The notes under the pieces were generated by a model that saw only the letters and a list, made by a program, of their open reading frames with translations, searched no databases and was not told where the DNA came from. The translations under genes were made by a program, and so were the position numbers. A stretch of DNA of 64,000 nt from Candidatus Magasanikiibacteriota bacterium (GTDB taxonomy: Bacteria; Patescibacteriota; Patescibacteriia; Magasanikbacterales; UBA922): contig JBAYJP010000002.1 of the NCBI GenBank assembly GCA_041665025.1, positions 196,820 to 260,819 of the forward strand. Reading direction: 5' to 3'. Shown piece after piece: positions 38,552 to 47,631 of the stretch (positions within the stretch are counted from its first letter, which is position 1; the number at the start of each line of letters is the position of its first letter).

Positions 38552-39184
38552 TTATTTCCGTCTTTTTTTAATTTCTTTTAATACGTTTTCTAGTTTGATT
38601 CCTTTTTGTACTAGCAACGTGAATAGATGATAAAGTACGTCGACACTTTCTTCAGCAGTTCGTTTTTTAGTTTCTTCTCTAACTGCTCGGCAGACTTCTT
38701 CAGCTTCTTCCATTATCTTTTCTTCAATTTTGGGTAGTCCTTTGGAAAATAGGTAAGTGGTATAGGATTTTTTAGGCATATTTTTTTTGCGATCCTGAAT
38801 CACACTAAATAATTCAGCGATAAAGCCAATGTCAGGTTGGGATTTTTTGTTTATCCCTTTTGGTTGTGGTATGTCAAAACATGATTCAGTAAGAAGATGA
38901 CAGGTCGGTCCTGCCGGTTTTACTTTTACGAGTATAGTGTCTGCGTCACAATCTATTTTGATATCTTTTACAAATAAATAGTTTTTGCTTTCTTCCCCTT
39001 TCATCCAAAGACATTTTTTTGTCCTGCTATAAAACCAGACTTTTTGTGTGTGTATGGTTTTTCTAAATGCATCTTCATTCATAAAACCCAACATAAGAAC
39101 ACGATTTGTGGAGATGTCCTGAATAATAGCTGGCGCAAGCCCACTCATTTTTTTGAAATTAATTTTTTTGAGTATTGTCTTCAT
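38552..39184 (-). CDS. hisIE: Bifunctional phosphoribosyl-AMP cyclohydrolase / phosphoribosyl-ATP pyrophosphatase
   Basis: HisI 'LAPAIIQD...FYSRTKKCLWMKGEES...DCDADTILVKVKPAGPTCHLLTESCF'; HisE-like C-terminus; ATGA overlap with upstream gene. Confidence 0.85.
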   Translation of the reverse strand: MKTILKKINFKKMSGLAPAIIQDISTNRVLMLGFMNEDAFRKTIHTQKVWFYSRTKKCLWMKGEESKNYLFVKDIKIDCDADTILVKVKPAGPTCHLLTESCFDIPQPKGINKKSQPDIGFIAELFSVIQDRKKNMPKKSYTTYLFSKGLPKIEEKIMEEAEEVCRAVREETKKRTAEESVDVLYHLFTLLVQKGIKLENVLKEIKKRRK

Positions 39185-40653
39185 AGCCGTATGGGCAGGT
39201 TATTGTTCTTTAGATATCGTTTCAATTTTTTGATTTTGATTTTTTCATAATGAAAAACCGTTGCTGCCAATACTGCATCTACGTTGGTTTGTTTCAATAC
39301 ATCGAGGAAATCTTTTTTTGTTCCAGCACCGCTCGAAGCAATTACCGGTATACGTACTGACCGAGAAATTTTGTTGAGAAGTTCTATGTCAAATCCTTTT
39401 TTTGTACCGTCTCTATCCAAACTATTCACGAGTAATTCGCCCGCACCTAGTTTTTCCATTTTTTTAGCAAATGTAATTGCATTTATGTCAGTCTTTTGTT
39501 TACCTCCTCGTATATATATCATCCATATTTTCCCAGTTTTTTTTGCATCAATAGAAATTACTAAACATTGCGAGCCGTATTTTTGTGAAATACTTTTTAC
39601 TAATGCTGGATTAAGAACTGCAGCAGTACATAGTGAAACCTTATCTGCTCCAGCGTTTAATAAACATTTTACGTCATTAATATCTGCTATCCCACCCCCA
39701 ACGGTAAAAGGTATGTTTATATTTTTCGCGATTTTTTCTACCAGTTCACGGAGAGTTTTTCTTTTTTCAGATGTCGCCGTTATATCCAAAAATACGAGTT
39801 CATCCGCCCCGCTTTGGCTATACAATTGAGCTAATTTCACTGCATCGCCTGCATCTGTCAGTTTTGTGAAGTGGATGCCTTTGACTACCTTTCCATCTTT
39901 TACATCGAGACAGGGGATTATTCTCTTTGTCAGATTATTTGGAGAAAAAATGGGCAATATTTTTTCTAGGCTTAATTTTCCTTCATACAAAGTTTTTCCC
40001 AAGACTACGCCATAGACTCCAAGTTTCTCCAGTTTTTTTATATCACCAATTGTGGTAATTCCTCCGGCGGCGATTATCTTAAAGCCATATTTCAGTATCT
40101 TTTTTATTAATGGTAAGTTTGGTCCGGTAAGTGTTCCATCTTTTTTAATATCAGTAACTAAAATATAGTTAACGCCGATCTGTTTTAATACATTCAGGAA
40201 CTTGTTCAGGGATACGTTGTTTGTTTTCTGCCATCCTTTGGACATAAGTACATTATTTTTGACATCGACAGCTATAATTATTCTTTCAGTGCCATATTTT
40301 TTTATTAGTTTAGGTATCAGATTATTTTTTTCAATAGCTGAAGTACCAATAATGACTTTGTCTGTACCCGAATCTAGCAGTTGGACTGCATCTTTGTATG
40401 TTCTAATGCCGCCGCCTATTTGGACAGGCAGACCGATTTTTTTTGTCATATTTATTATGAGTTTTTTGTTTACGGGGCGACCCATTTGAGCGCCTTCTAA
40501 ATCAATAATATGGAGGCATGAAGCACCAGCATTTTTGAATTCCATTGCTTTGCTCATAGGATTGCGGGTATATGTTTTAACACAAGAATAGTCGCCTTGT
40601 GTAAGACGAACGCATGTTCCCTTATAAATATCAATCGCAGGAATAATTATCAT
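39181..40653 (-). CDS. hisAF: Fused HisA (ProFAR isomerase) - HisF (IGP synthase cyclase subunit) protein
   Basis: N-half 'MIIIPAIDIYKGTCVRLTQGDY...QIGGGIRT'; C-half 'RIIPCLDVKDGKVVKGIHF...ELVFLDITAT...VGGGIADI'; single uninterrupted 490-aa ORF. Confidence 0.8.
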   Translation of the reverse strand: MIIIPAIDIYKGTCVRLTQGDYSCVKTYTRNPMSKAMEFKNAGASCLHIIDLEGAQMGRPVNKKLIINMTKKIGLPVQIGGGIRTYKDAVQLLDSGTDKVIIGTSAIEKNNLIPKLIKKYGTERIIIAVDVKNNVLMSKGWQKTNNVSLNKFLNVLKQIGVNYILVTDIKKDGTLTGPNLPLIKKILKYGFKIIAAGGITTIGDIKKLEKLGVYGVVLGKTLYEGKLSLEKILPIFSPNNLTKRIIPCLDVKDGKVVKGIHFTKLTDAGDAVKLAQLYSQSGADELVFLDITATSEKRKTLRELVEKIAKNINIPFTVGGGIADINDVKCLLNAGADKVSLCTAAVLNPALVKSISQKYGSQCLVISIDAKKTGKIWMIYIRGGKQKTDINAITFAKKMEKLGAGELLVNSLDRDGTKKGFDIELLNKISRSVRIPVIASSGAGTKKDFLDVLKQTNVDAVLAATVFHYEKIKIKKLKRYLKNNNLPIRL

Positions 40654-41234
40654 AGTACGCAAAAATTATGTAATAACCTCAAACCAGCTTTTCCCGATTT
40701 TTCCGGATGAAATTGGACCGCGTAGAAATTATTTTTTTGTATAATTGAGGGAAAACGTATTCCATAATCAGTTAGTCCAAGAATATCTTGTTCAGGTGAT
40801 TGAAAATAGTATGAATGCACAAAATAAAAATACTCATTATTTTTCAAATCATTTAGTAATGGCGACTTTGTTTTTATTTGTACACTATTCCAGCCTATAT
40901 GCGGAACTTTTAGTCTGCCGGCAAATTTATTTACTTTTCCGGGTATTATTGAGAGACACTCTGTTTCATCTTCCTCAGAATAATCAGCCAATAGCTGCAT
41001 GCCAAGGCAAATACCAAGAAAAGGGACATTGATATTTTTAATAATTGTATTAATGCTTCGTCTTTTCAATTCTCTCATTGCACTTCCGGCTCTGCCCTGT
41101 CCCGGAAAAATTATTTTTTTTGCATTCTTAATTTTGTTAGGGTCAGAAGTTACAGAGCATTCAAACCCAAGATGCCCTATTGCATTTTTTAGAGAGCCAA
41201 TATTGCTGGCATTGTAATCGATAATGGTAATCAT
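40650..41234 (-). CDS. hisH: Imidazole glycerol phosphate synthase, glutamine amidotransferase subunit
   Basis: 'GICLGMQLL', 'HIGWN', 'FYFVHSY'. Confidence 0.9.
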   Translation of the reverse strand: MITIIDYNASNIGSLKNAIGHLGFECSVTSDPNKIKNAKKIIFPGQGRAGSAMRELKRRSINTIIKNINVPFLGICLGMQLLADYSEEDETECLSIIPGKVNKFAGRLKVPHIGWNSVQIKTKSPLLNDLKNNEYFYFVHSYYFQSPEQDILGLTDYGIRFPSIIQKNNFYAVQFHPEKSGKAGLRLLHNFCVL

Positions 41235-41821
41235 AGTGTTCCTTTGGTTGTTGGTAATATATTCTTCATGCGCGGGTCGTTTTCTGCTGCCATTTTAAGA
41301 GTTCGGGCAAAAGCTTTAAAAATAGCCTCTACCATGTGGTGTTCATTGCGTCCGTATTTTATATTGATATGGATATTGGCTTGTAGGTTGTCTGCAACTG
41401 AGCGGAAAAAATCTTCAAACAGTTCAGTAGACATATCACCAATTTTTTCTCGTCTAAATTTAACATTCCAAACCACATAAGATCTTCCACCAATATCAAT
41501 CGCGACCTCGGCTAACGTTTCATCCATAGGCAATAAAAATCCATAACGTTGGATCCCTTTTTTGTTGCCCAGTGCTTTTTTTATGGCCTGTCCTAGACAG
41601 ATTCCAATATCTTCAACTGTGTGGTGTTCATCGACGTCCAAATCTCCTTTGCTGATTATGTTTATGTCGATTAATGACTGCTTTGATAATAATTCAAGCA
41701 TGTGGTCGAAAAAACCAATGCCCGTTTGTATATTATATTTTCCTTTGCCATCCAAATTTACTGATAGGGAGATATCTGTTTCACTTGTCTCCCGTTTTAT
41801 TTTAGATTTTCGTTGTTTCAT
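41231..41821 (-). CDS. hisB: Imidazoleglycerol-phosphate dehydratase
   Basis: 'GIGFFDHMLELLSKQSLIDINI', 'DVDEHHTVEDIGICLGQA'. Confidence 0.9.
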   Translation of the reverse strand: MKQRKSKIKRETSETDISLSVNLDGKGKYNIQTGIGFFDHMLELLSKQSLIDINIISKGDLDVDEHHTVEDIGICLGQAIKKALGNKKGIQRYGFLLPMDETLAEVAIDIGGRSYVVWNVKFRREKIGDMSTELFEDFFRSVADNLQANIHINIKYGRNEHHMVEAIFKAFARTLKMAAENDPRMKNILPTTKGTL

Positions 41822-41826
41822 ATGGG

Positions 41827-42336
41827 TTATAGTTTGAAATTCTCAAGCGTGAACTTCTGGTTCGTCTCTGTCTGTAGGAATCTGAGCCCTAGATTTTTTG
41901 CCAGCAATCTATCACTCTCTCTGTCTCCACAAACAAATGAAAGTTCTTTGTCTACGTCACGATTTCTTAAAAAATTATCAAATAATTTTGTCTTTGGTTT
42001 TCTACAATTGCAATTATCATCGGGCATGTGAGGACATAGAAGTAATGTTTCAAATGATACTCCATTCTGTTTGAATATCTGTACTAGTTGTTTTTGTACC
42101 GTGTCAAAACATTCTTGCGGGTATATGGTTGTGCCGAGTCCGTCCTGGTTGCTTGTCATTATTAATGTATATTGAGTGTCAATAATTTTGTGTAATCCGT
42201 CAATGACGCCGGGAAGAATACGGAGTTTTTTAATGGCATCAATTTGGTAGGGGATATCACCTCGTTTTGTTTCCTTAGGCGTTGGTTCGTAAATCAATGT
42301 TCCATCGCGATCTATGAATGCATATTTAGTTTTCAT
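41827..42336 (-). CDS. hisN: Histidinol-phosphatase, HAD-IIIA (HisB-N type)
   Basis: 'YAFIDRDGTLI', 'CNCRKPK' as in E. coli HisB N-domain. Confidence 0.75.
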   Translation of the reverse strand: MKTKYAFIDRDGTLIYEPTPKETKRGDIPYQIDAIKKLRILPGVIDGLHKIIDTQYTLIMTSNQDGLGTTIYPQECFDTVQKQLVQIFKQNGVSFETLLLCPHMPDDNCNCRKPKTKLFDNFLRNRDVDKELSFVCGDRESDRLLAKNLGLRFLQTETNQKFTLENFKL

Positions 42337-42346
42337 ACCACTGATT

Positions 42347-43411
42347 TTACTGATTAATTAGACTTTTGTACGTTTCAATAAATTGTTTAGTCTGACCCAC
42401 GGTGCCCATGGAAACTCTCACTGTATTATCAAACCCATATCCCTTGCGTGGGCGGATAAGAAATCCTCGTTCTCTTAGGTTGTTAAATATCTGAGCAGGA
42501 TTTTTTGGTCTAAACAATATAAAATGTGCTGAGCTCGGGTAAAACATTACCCCGTTTTCTCTAAAGAATTGTTCAAGCATTGGTTTGGATACTTTCATAA
42601 CTTGCTGTATGTAGATTTTTAGTGGTTGTAGGTTTTGTAATACTGCTCTTGCCGTATATAACCCAGCCATATTTATGTCATATGGTCCTCGTACCTTCGC
42701 CATCTCCCTAATCAATAGTACTGGCGCAATTACATAGCCAATACGCAGTGCAGCGAGTCCAAATGCTTTGGAAAATGTCCTGGTAATAACCAAATTTGGA
42801 TATTTTTCTATAAGAGGGATGGCGGTTATTCCGGAATATTCTGCATAAGCTTCGTCCACGTATACCAAGCCATTTTTCAATTTTTTTAATATACGTTCAA
42901 TATCATCCGGGGACACTTGTGTGCCTGTTGGGTTATTTGGGTTACAGACCACGACAAGTTTTGTTTTATCTGTTATGGCATTTAGCACATCTTGAAGCGG
43001 GAATGAACCATTGTCCGTATTATACGTTGGAGTTATGATCTTGTTTCCACATAGCTCGGCGCATTGATAGAACATAGCAAAACTTGGTGAAGGTATGATG
43101 ACTTCGTCGCCTGGTTTGGTGAATGTTTTAAATATAATATCTATACCTTGATCAGAGCCATTGATTATCATAATATTTTTTGGTCGCGTACTTGCATATT
43201 GGGCAATTCGTTCGTTTATGTCCCCATATTCCGGATAGCGTTGGAATACATTTTCTTGCGTAAGTTTTTCAAGAGCCTTTTTTACTACATCACCATAAGG
43301 TGTTGTCCGTTCATTGAAATCCAATAAACAACCATCAAAATAACGCCTGCCTTCAATTGGCGGATTATATGGATTCATAACTTGTATGTTTTGGTTTGCC
43401 AAGTTTTTCAT
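42347..43411 (-). CDS. hisC: Histidinol-phosphate aminotransferase
   Basis: Class II aminotransferase, 'TRTFSKAFGLAALRIGY' PLP-Lys region, operon context. Confidence 0.85.
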   Translation of the reverse strand: MKNLANQNIQVMNPYNPPIEGRRYFDGCLLDFNERTTPYGDVVKKALEKLTQENVFQRYPEYGDINERIAQYASTRPKNIMIINGSDQGIDIIFKTFTKPGDEVIIPSPSFAMFYQCAELCGNKIITPTYNTDNGSFPLQDVLNAITDKTKLVVVCNPNNPTGTQVSPDDIERILKKLKNGLVYVDEAYAEYSGITAIPLIEKYPNLVITRTFSKAFGLAALRIGYVIAPVLLIREMAKVRGPYDINMAGLYTARAVLQNLQPLKIYIQQVMKVSKPMLEQFFRENGVMFYPSSAHFILFRPKNPAQIFNNLRERGFLIRPRKGYGFDNTVRVSMGTVGQTKQFIETYKSLINQ

Positions 43412-44547
43412 ATTTGTTTCAAGAACCTTGTTTCAATACTATCTGCATGGGCATTGAGTCCTTCGGCCCGTGCAATTGTAGTAATAGTATTTTTTATCTT
43501 TTTTAATCCTTGTTTAGTTACTCTCTGTACTTCTATTTTTTTGCCAAAGTCTTCCACACTTAAAGCTCCATATGTTTTTGACCATCCGGCAGTTGGCAAT
43601 GTATGATTTGGTCCCGTGACATAGTCGCCAGCTGAGACTGGAGAATAATTTCCCAAAAATATTGATCCAGCATTTATTATTTTTGATAATATGTGTTTTT
43701 CATTTTTTGCCATAATTTCTAAGTGTTCGGGCGCAATCTCATTGACCAGTTTTATCGCTTCAGTCATGTTTGGAACTAATTTAACTTTTCCAATTTTTAT
43801 TTTTTGTGCAAGTTTTTTATCCCACGTAATGAGAATTGCAACAGAATCGGGCCCATGCTCCAGTTGAGATGCTAGATCTTTTTCAATAAATTTAGGGTTT
43901 GCAGTTTCATCGGCAAGGATAGCAATCTCTGACGGACCTGCAGGCATATCAATCGCAACCGTGTTGCTTACTTGTATTTTTGCCTCAGTCACATACTTGT
44001 TTCCTGGTCCAAAAATTTTGTAAACCTGCGGAATAGTTTTTGTTCCAAAAGCCATCGCTGCAATAGCCTGTGCTCCCCCGACTTGGTATATATTTTTTAT
44101 TCCGACTATATCAGCTGCCACAAGTGTTACTGCGGCAATGGGCGGAGGAGAACACATAATAATATCGCTGCAGCCGGCAAGCTTTGCAGGGATGCCGAGC
44201 ATTAAGACCGTTGAAGGATATTTTGCTCGTCCCCCCGGGATGTATAATCCGACTTTTTCTATTGGTCTAAATTCACGCCAGCAGGTAATCCCCGGACTTG
44301 TTTGGATTGGACGTTCGCGAACAGATAAGATATTTTTATTGAATTTAGTAATATTTTTTATGGCTACTTTAAGTGATCTCATTATTTCAGTATCAACTTT
44401 TTTGTATGCATCTTGAATTTGTGTTTGAGAAATTTTAAGAGTATCAATTTTTGCATTATTAAATTTGAGCGCATATTCTTCTAATGCCGTGTCACCATTT
44501 TTTTTGACGTTTTCAATTATCTGTTTGACGGTCTCTTGTGTTGTCAT
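43408..44547 (-). CDS. hisD: Histidinol dehydrogenase
   Basis: 'GGAQAIAAMAFGT', 'ILADETANP', 'DYVTGPNHTLPT' motifs. Confidence 0.85.
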   Translation of the reverse strand: MTTQETVKQIIENVKKNGDTALEEYALKFNNAKIDTLKISQTQIQDAYKKVDTEIMRSLKVAIKNITKFNKNILSVRERPIQTSPGITCWREFRPIEKVGLYIPGGRAKYPSTVLMLGIPAKLAGCSDIIMCSPPPIAAVTLVAADIVGIKNIYQVGGAQAIAAMAFGTKTIPQVYKIFGPGNKYVTEAKIQVSNTVAIDMPAGPSEIAILADETANPKFIEKDLASQLEHGPDSVAILITWDKKLAQKIKIGKVKLVPNMTEAIKLVNEIAPEHLEIMAKNEKHILSKIINAGSIFLGNYSPVSAGDYVTGPNHTLPTAGWSKTYGALSVEDFGKKIEVQRVTKQGLKKIKNTITTIARAEGLNAHADSIETRFLKQI

Positions 44548-45160
44548 ATTTTTTTATTAATTCTAGGAATTCTTTCTTTTTTTCATTTGCATAGGGGCTT
44601 TCTATGAGTATGGCTTGGGAATCCATAACTTTGTCTATGATAATAAGTCCATTATCTCTAAGAGTTTTGCCGGTCTGGGTTATATCACATACCGCATCGG
44701 CCATACCAAGGGACGGAGCTATTTCCACTGATCCGGAGAGTTCTACTATGTTGGCATAAATGCCTTGTTGTTTTAGAAACCTTTTAAAGATATTAGGGTA
44801 GGATGTTGCAATAGTTTTATTTTGTAATTGTCGTACCGATGTTATATCACTGTTTTGTGGTACCGCGATTACCAATGTACAGTCGCTGAATGTAAGATTT
44901 TTTGAAATGCACGTGGTTTCCGCCCGTTCTTCCAGAACATCTCTTCCAATAATTCCAAAATCAACTAGATTTTTGTTGATATATGTCGGAATATCATCAT
45001 CACGCAGAAAGATTATTTGATTTCCTGTCTTGCGACATGTGGTAGATAGTTTTTTATCTTCCATATCAAAATCAAAACCAAGGTTTCTAAGAAATAATAA
45101 GCTTTCATCACGCAGATGACCTTTTTTCTGTATAGCAATTTTTAGATTTTGTTGTTGCAT
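44513..45160 (-). CDS. hisG: ATP phosphoribosyltransferase, short form (HisGS)
   Basis: 215 aa, 'LKIAIQKKGHL', 'DFGIIGRDVLEE', lacks C-terminal regulatory domain. Confidence 0.8.
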   Translation of the reverse strand: MQQQNLKIAIQKKGHLRDESLLFLRNLGFDFDMEDKKLSTTCRKTGNQIIFLRDDDIPTYINKNLVDFGIIGRDVLEERAETTCISKNLTFSDCTLVIAVPQNSDITSVRQLQNKTIATSYPNIFKRFLKQQGIYANIVELSGSVEIAPSLGMADAVCDITQTGKTLRDNGLIIIDKVMDSQAILIESPYANEKKKEFLELIKKYDNTRDRQTDN

Positions 45161-45164
45161 ATGA

Positions 45165-45581
45165 TTATGTGATCATGCAAGAAATTGAATAAATATTTTG
45201 TCCCTTCTTTTGAATTTTTGTGATTGTAAATGTGCCAATCTCCTTTGTATTTTTTACGTGCGGGCCTGCACACGCCAATCTATTGAATCCTTCAATTTCA
45301 TATATAGATATGTTTGATACAGATTCGGGAATTAGGCTTACATCTGCTATTTTTTCAGCCCCAATTCTGGGCAGAATATAATTGATTACGTTATACCCTT
45401 TTTCTATCTCTGCATTTACTTCATCTTGAAGTTTTTGTGCTAAGTTACGGATATCAGTTATACATTCATAGACAACTCGGAACGAACCTTTTTTAAATTC
45501 CAGTGCCTTGCTTGTTATTTCATATTGATTTTTAAGTACGGTGTAGAGAATATGCTCGGCAGTATGAAGACGTGATTTCAT
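45165..45581 (-). CDS. AlaX-S-like tRNA-editing domain protein (aaRS second additional domain)
   Basis: 'HTAEHIL' and 'CAGPHV' zinc motifs. Confidence 0.6.
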   Translation of the reverse strand: MKSRLHTAEHILYTVLKNQYEITSKALEFKKGSFRVVYECITDIRNLAQKLQDEVNAEIEKGYNVINYILPRIGAEKIADVSLIPESVSNISIYEIEGFNRLACAGPHVKNTKEIGTFTITKIQKKGQNIYSISCMIT

Positions 45582-45610
45582 AAGATAAGATTAGGAGAAA
45601 TCTCCATGGG

Positions 45611-45683
45611 GGTGCCCAATGGGAGTTGAACCCATATTCTCAGTACCACAAACTGATGTGCTGGCCGTTGCACCATGAGCACC
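45611..45683 (-). tRNA. tRNA-His (anticodon GTG) with encoded G-1
   Basis: Manual fold: G-1 + GTGCTCA acceptor (one G-U), D-stem GTGC/GCAC, anticodon stem TCAGT/ACTGA loop TTGTGGT, T-arm ATGGG-TTCAACT-CCCAT, discriminator C. Confidence 0.75.
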
Positions 45684-45710
45684 GCCATAGAGATTTCTAG
45701 TAGAATAAAC

Positions 45711-45736
45711 AAAAAATCGCCTATTATAGCGATTTT
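45711..45736. terminator. Bidirectional intrinsic terminator (aaaaaatcgc-ctattata-gcgatttt)
   Basis: 6-bp stem with A/T tracts both sides. Confidence 0.55.
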
Positions 45737-45908
45737 GACCTCAAAGTAAAACTACCCGTGGTAGATTACCCGAGGTCGTTTGTATGGTGTGATATGTTGT
45801 AAGAATTAGTTAGGTTCATAGTGTTATAATGTATTAATACAATAATACATTTATATAATTTTGTCAAATAGGGAATGTGGATAAAAAATGACCATTTTAA
45901 TCATCTGT

Positions 45909-46190
45909 CTATTTTTCATTTTTCAAGGCCTTTCTGTAGCCGCCTTCCCCATGATTCAACCAATGCGCGATCCGTGTGACTGTGGTCGTACTCAAGCCTG
46001 TATTCCGGGCTATATCTCTATAGGGTACACCTTTGTCTATCATGTGTACTGCTTCCCAGCGCCGTGACATTTCTTCGAGTTCTTCAAGTGTACAAAGGTC
46101 GCGCAAAAAATTAAGCATATCATCTTCTTTTTTCAGAGAAAGAAATGCTTTGGCTAATTTTTTAAGTTGTGAATTTTTCCAGTTTTTCAT
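45909..46190 (-). CDS. TrpR-like YerC/YecD family DNA-binding protein
   Basis: 93 aa, 'RDIARNTGLSTTTVTRIAHWL' HTH. Confidence 0.6.
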   Translation of the reverse strand: MKNWKNSQLKKLAKAFLSLKKEDDMLNFLRDLCTLEELEEMSRRWEAVHMIDKGVPYRDIARNTGLSTTTVTRIAHWLNHGEGGYRKALKNEK

Positions 46191-47631
46191 ATGATGAAAT
46201 TAGTAACAATGCAATAATCCCCCAAAACAAAACCGCTAAATCATTTTTCATATAGGGTGTGTCAACGAGTCCCATGACAAGCATAATTATAATACTGCTT
46301 ATAAGAAAATAATGTAAGGTCGGGAGTTTTTTGTATTTTTTAAATAGTGAATATTGGATGTTAGATATTGAAATGAGAATCCAGATAAAACCAAATAGAC
46401 CAACCAAGCCAATATTAATCCATAAGGAGAGAAATAAATTGTGTTGAAGATGAAATATTTCGATGTTTTCTCCATTCACTTGTGTGTGGTAAGGCACGAT
46501 ACGATCCACATAAGACCTTAGACCTGCGCCAAGTATGGGGCGATCAGACAAGAGCGCAAGTGCTTCGCCCCACATAGCAACTCTGATCTGGCCAGAACGA
46601 TCTTGGGCAAAGACTTCTTGTTTTATATTCCCAAGTTGTGGAATACTTAGTATGCTTATTATACCTACAAGACCAATAATAACTGAGGGCCAGCGAGTTT
46701 TTTTATATATAAGAAGCAGAGTACCAATTCCCGCGGCAAGGCCAATGAGTCCACCCGTGCTTTTAGCATAGTATATAGCGAGTGGAGCTGTGATAAGATA
46801 TAAGATACAAGATACAAATAATAACCAAGTTCCAAATTCAAAATTTTTAAATTTGTGATGTGGTGATTGAGATTTATTTGCCCTTAGGCCCGGGTCTAGG
46901 GTTTCTTGTTTCTTGGTTATTAATTTTAAGTAGTAGGTTTTTGCCAAATAAATTGCCAGTGGCACAATCGGTGCTAAAAATAATGCCACTGCATTTGGAT
47001 ATCCATACCACCCGGTCACACGATAACTATTACCGTTTTGCCAAAAGCTCCACGGCACCATCCAGCCGGTGAAGTGTTGGTATATTGCGAAAACAGATGT
47101 CGCTAGACCACATAGGATAAAAGATAAAACGATGATATTGGTCGTTTTGGAAAAAAGGGAATAGGGATTAGGGAACGGGAGATTTTGTCTTTCCGAGTTA
47201 GACGATTCTTTTTGTTCCTTGTTCCCTGGTCTTTGATCTTTTATGGTCGTAACCAACATCAAGAACACTAAAAAAGGCTCTATGTAAAACGCTTTCCATT
47301 CCCCGGCGGCTTCTTTTAAATGTAGTGAAGAGAATACCGCGACTGTAGCTCCGAGTAAGAATACGCTAGAGGCAATAAAGAAGGTTTTGTATTTTAAGAT
47401 TAAAGATTTAAGATTGAAGATTATTGAGCGATTATATTTTATTAGCCAAATAATACATAGAATCCAGATCATCATTTCAAGAAGAGTCGTCGGAATGAGG
47501 CCAATGTCGAACCTGATGAGATAGGTGGGTAATAGGAGAAATAACAAAAATAGGCCGTGGTGGAAACGGTATAAAGTGATAAACGCAAAAAATAAGAAAA
47601 ACAGTATGTACAAAGAGATCATATCACCCAT
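46162..47631 (-). CDS. O-antigen ligase/polymerase (Wzy)-like polytopic membrane protein
   Basis: 489 aa, >10 TM helices with large loop, adjacent flippase. Confidence 0.6.
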   Translation of the reverse strand: MGDMISLYILFFLFFAFITLYRFHHGLFLLFLLLPTYLIRFDIGLIPTTLLEMMIWILCIIWLIKYNRSIIFNLKSLILKYKTFFIASSVFLLGATVAVFSSLHLKEAAGEWKAFYIEPFLVFLMLVTTIKDQRPGNKEQKESSNSERQNLPFPNPYSLFSKTTNIIVLSFILCGLATSVFAIYQHFTGWMVPWSFWQNGNSYRVTGWYGYPNAVALFLAPIVPLAIYLAKTYYLKLITKKQETLDPGLRANKSQSPHHKFKNFEFGTWLLFVSCILYLITAPLAIYYAKSTGGLIGLAAGIGTLLLIYKKTRWPSVIIGLVGIISILSIPQLGNIKQEVFAQDRSGQIRVAMWGEALALLSDRPILGAGLRSYVDRIVPYHTQVNGENIEIFHLQHNLFLSLWINIGLVGLFGFIWILISISNIQYSLFKKYKKLPTLHYFLISSIIIMLVMGLVDTPYMKNDLAVLFWGIIALLLISSYEKLEKFTT

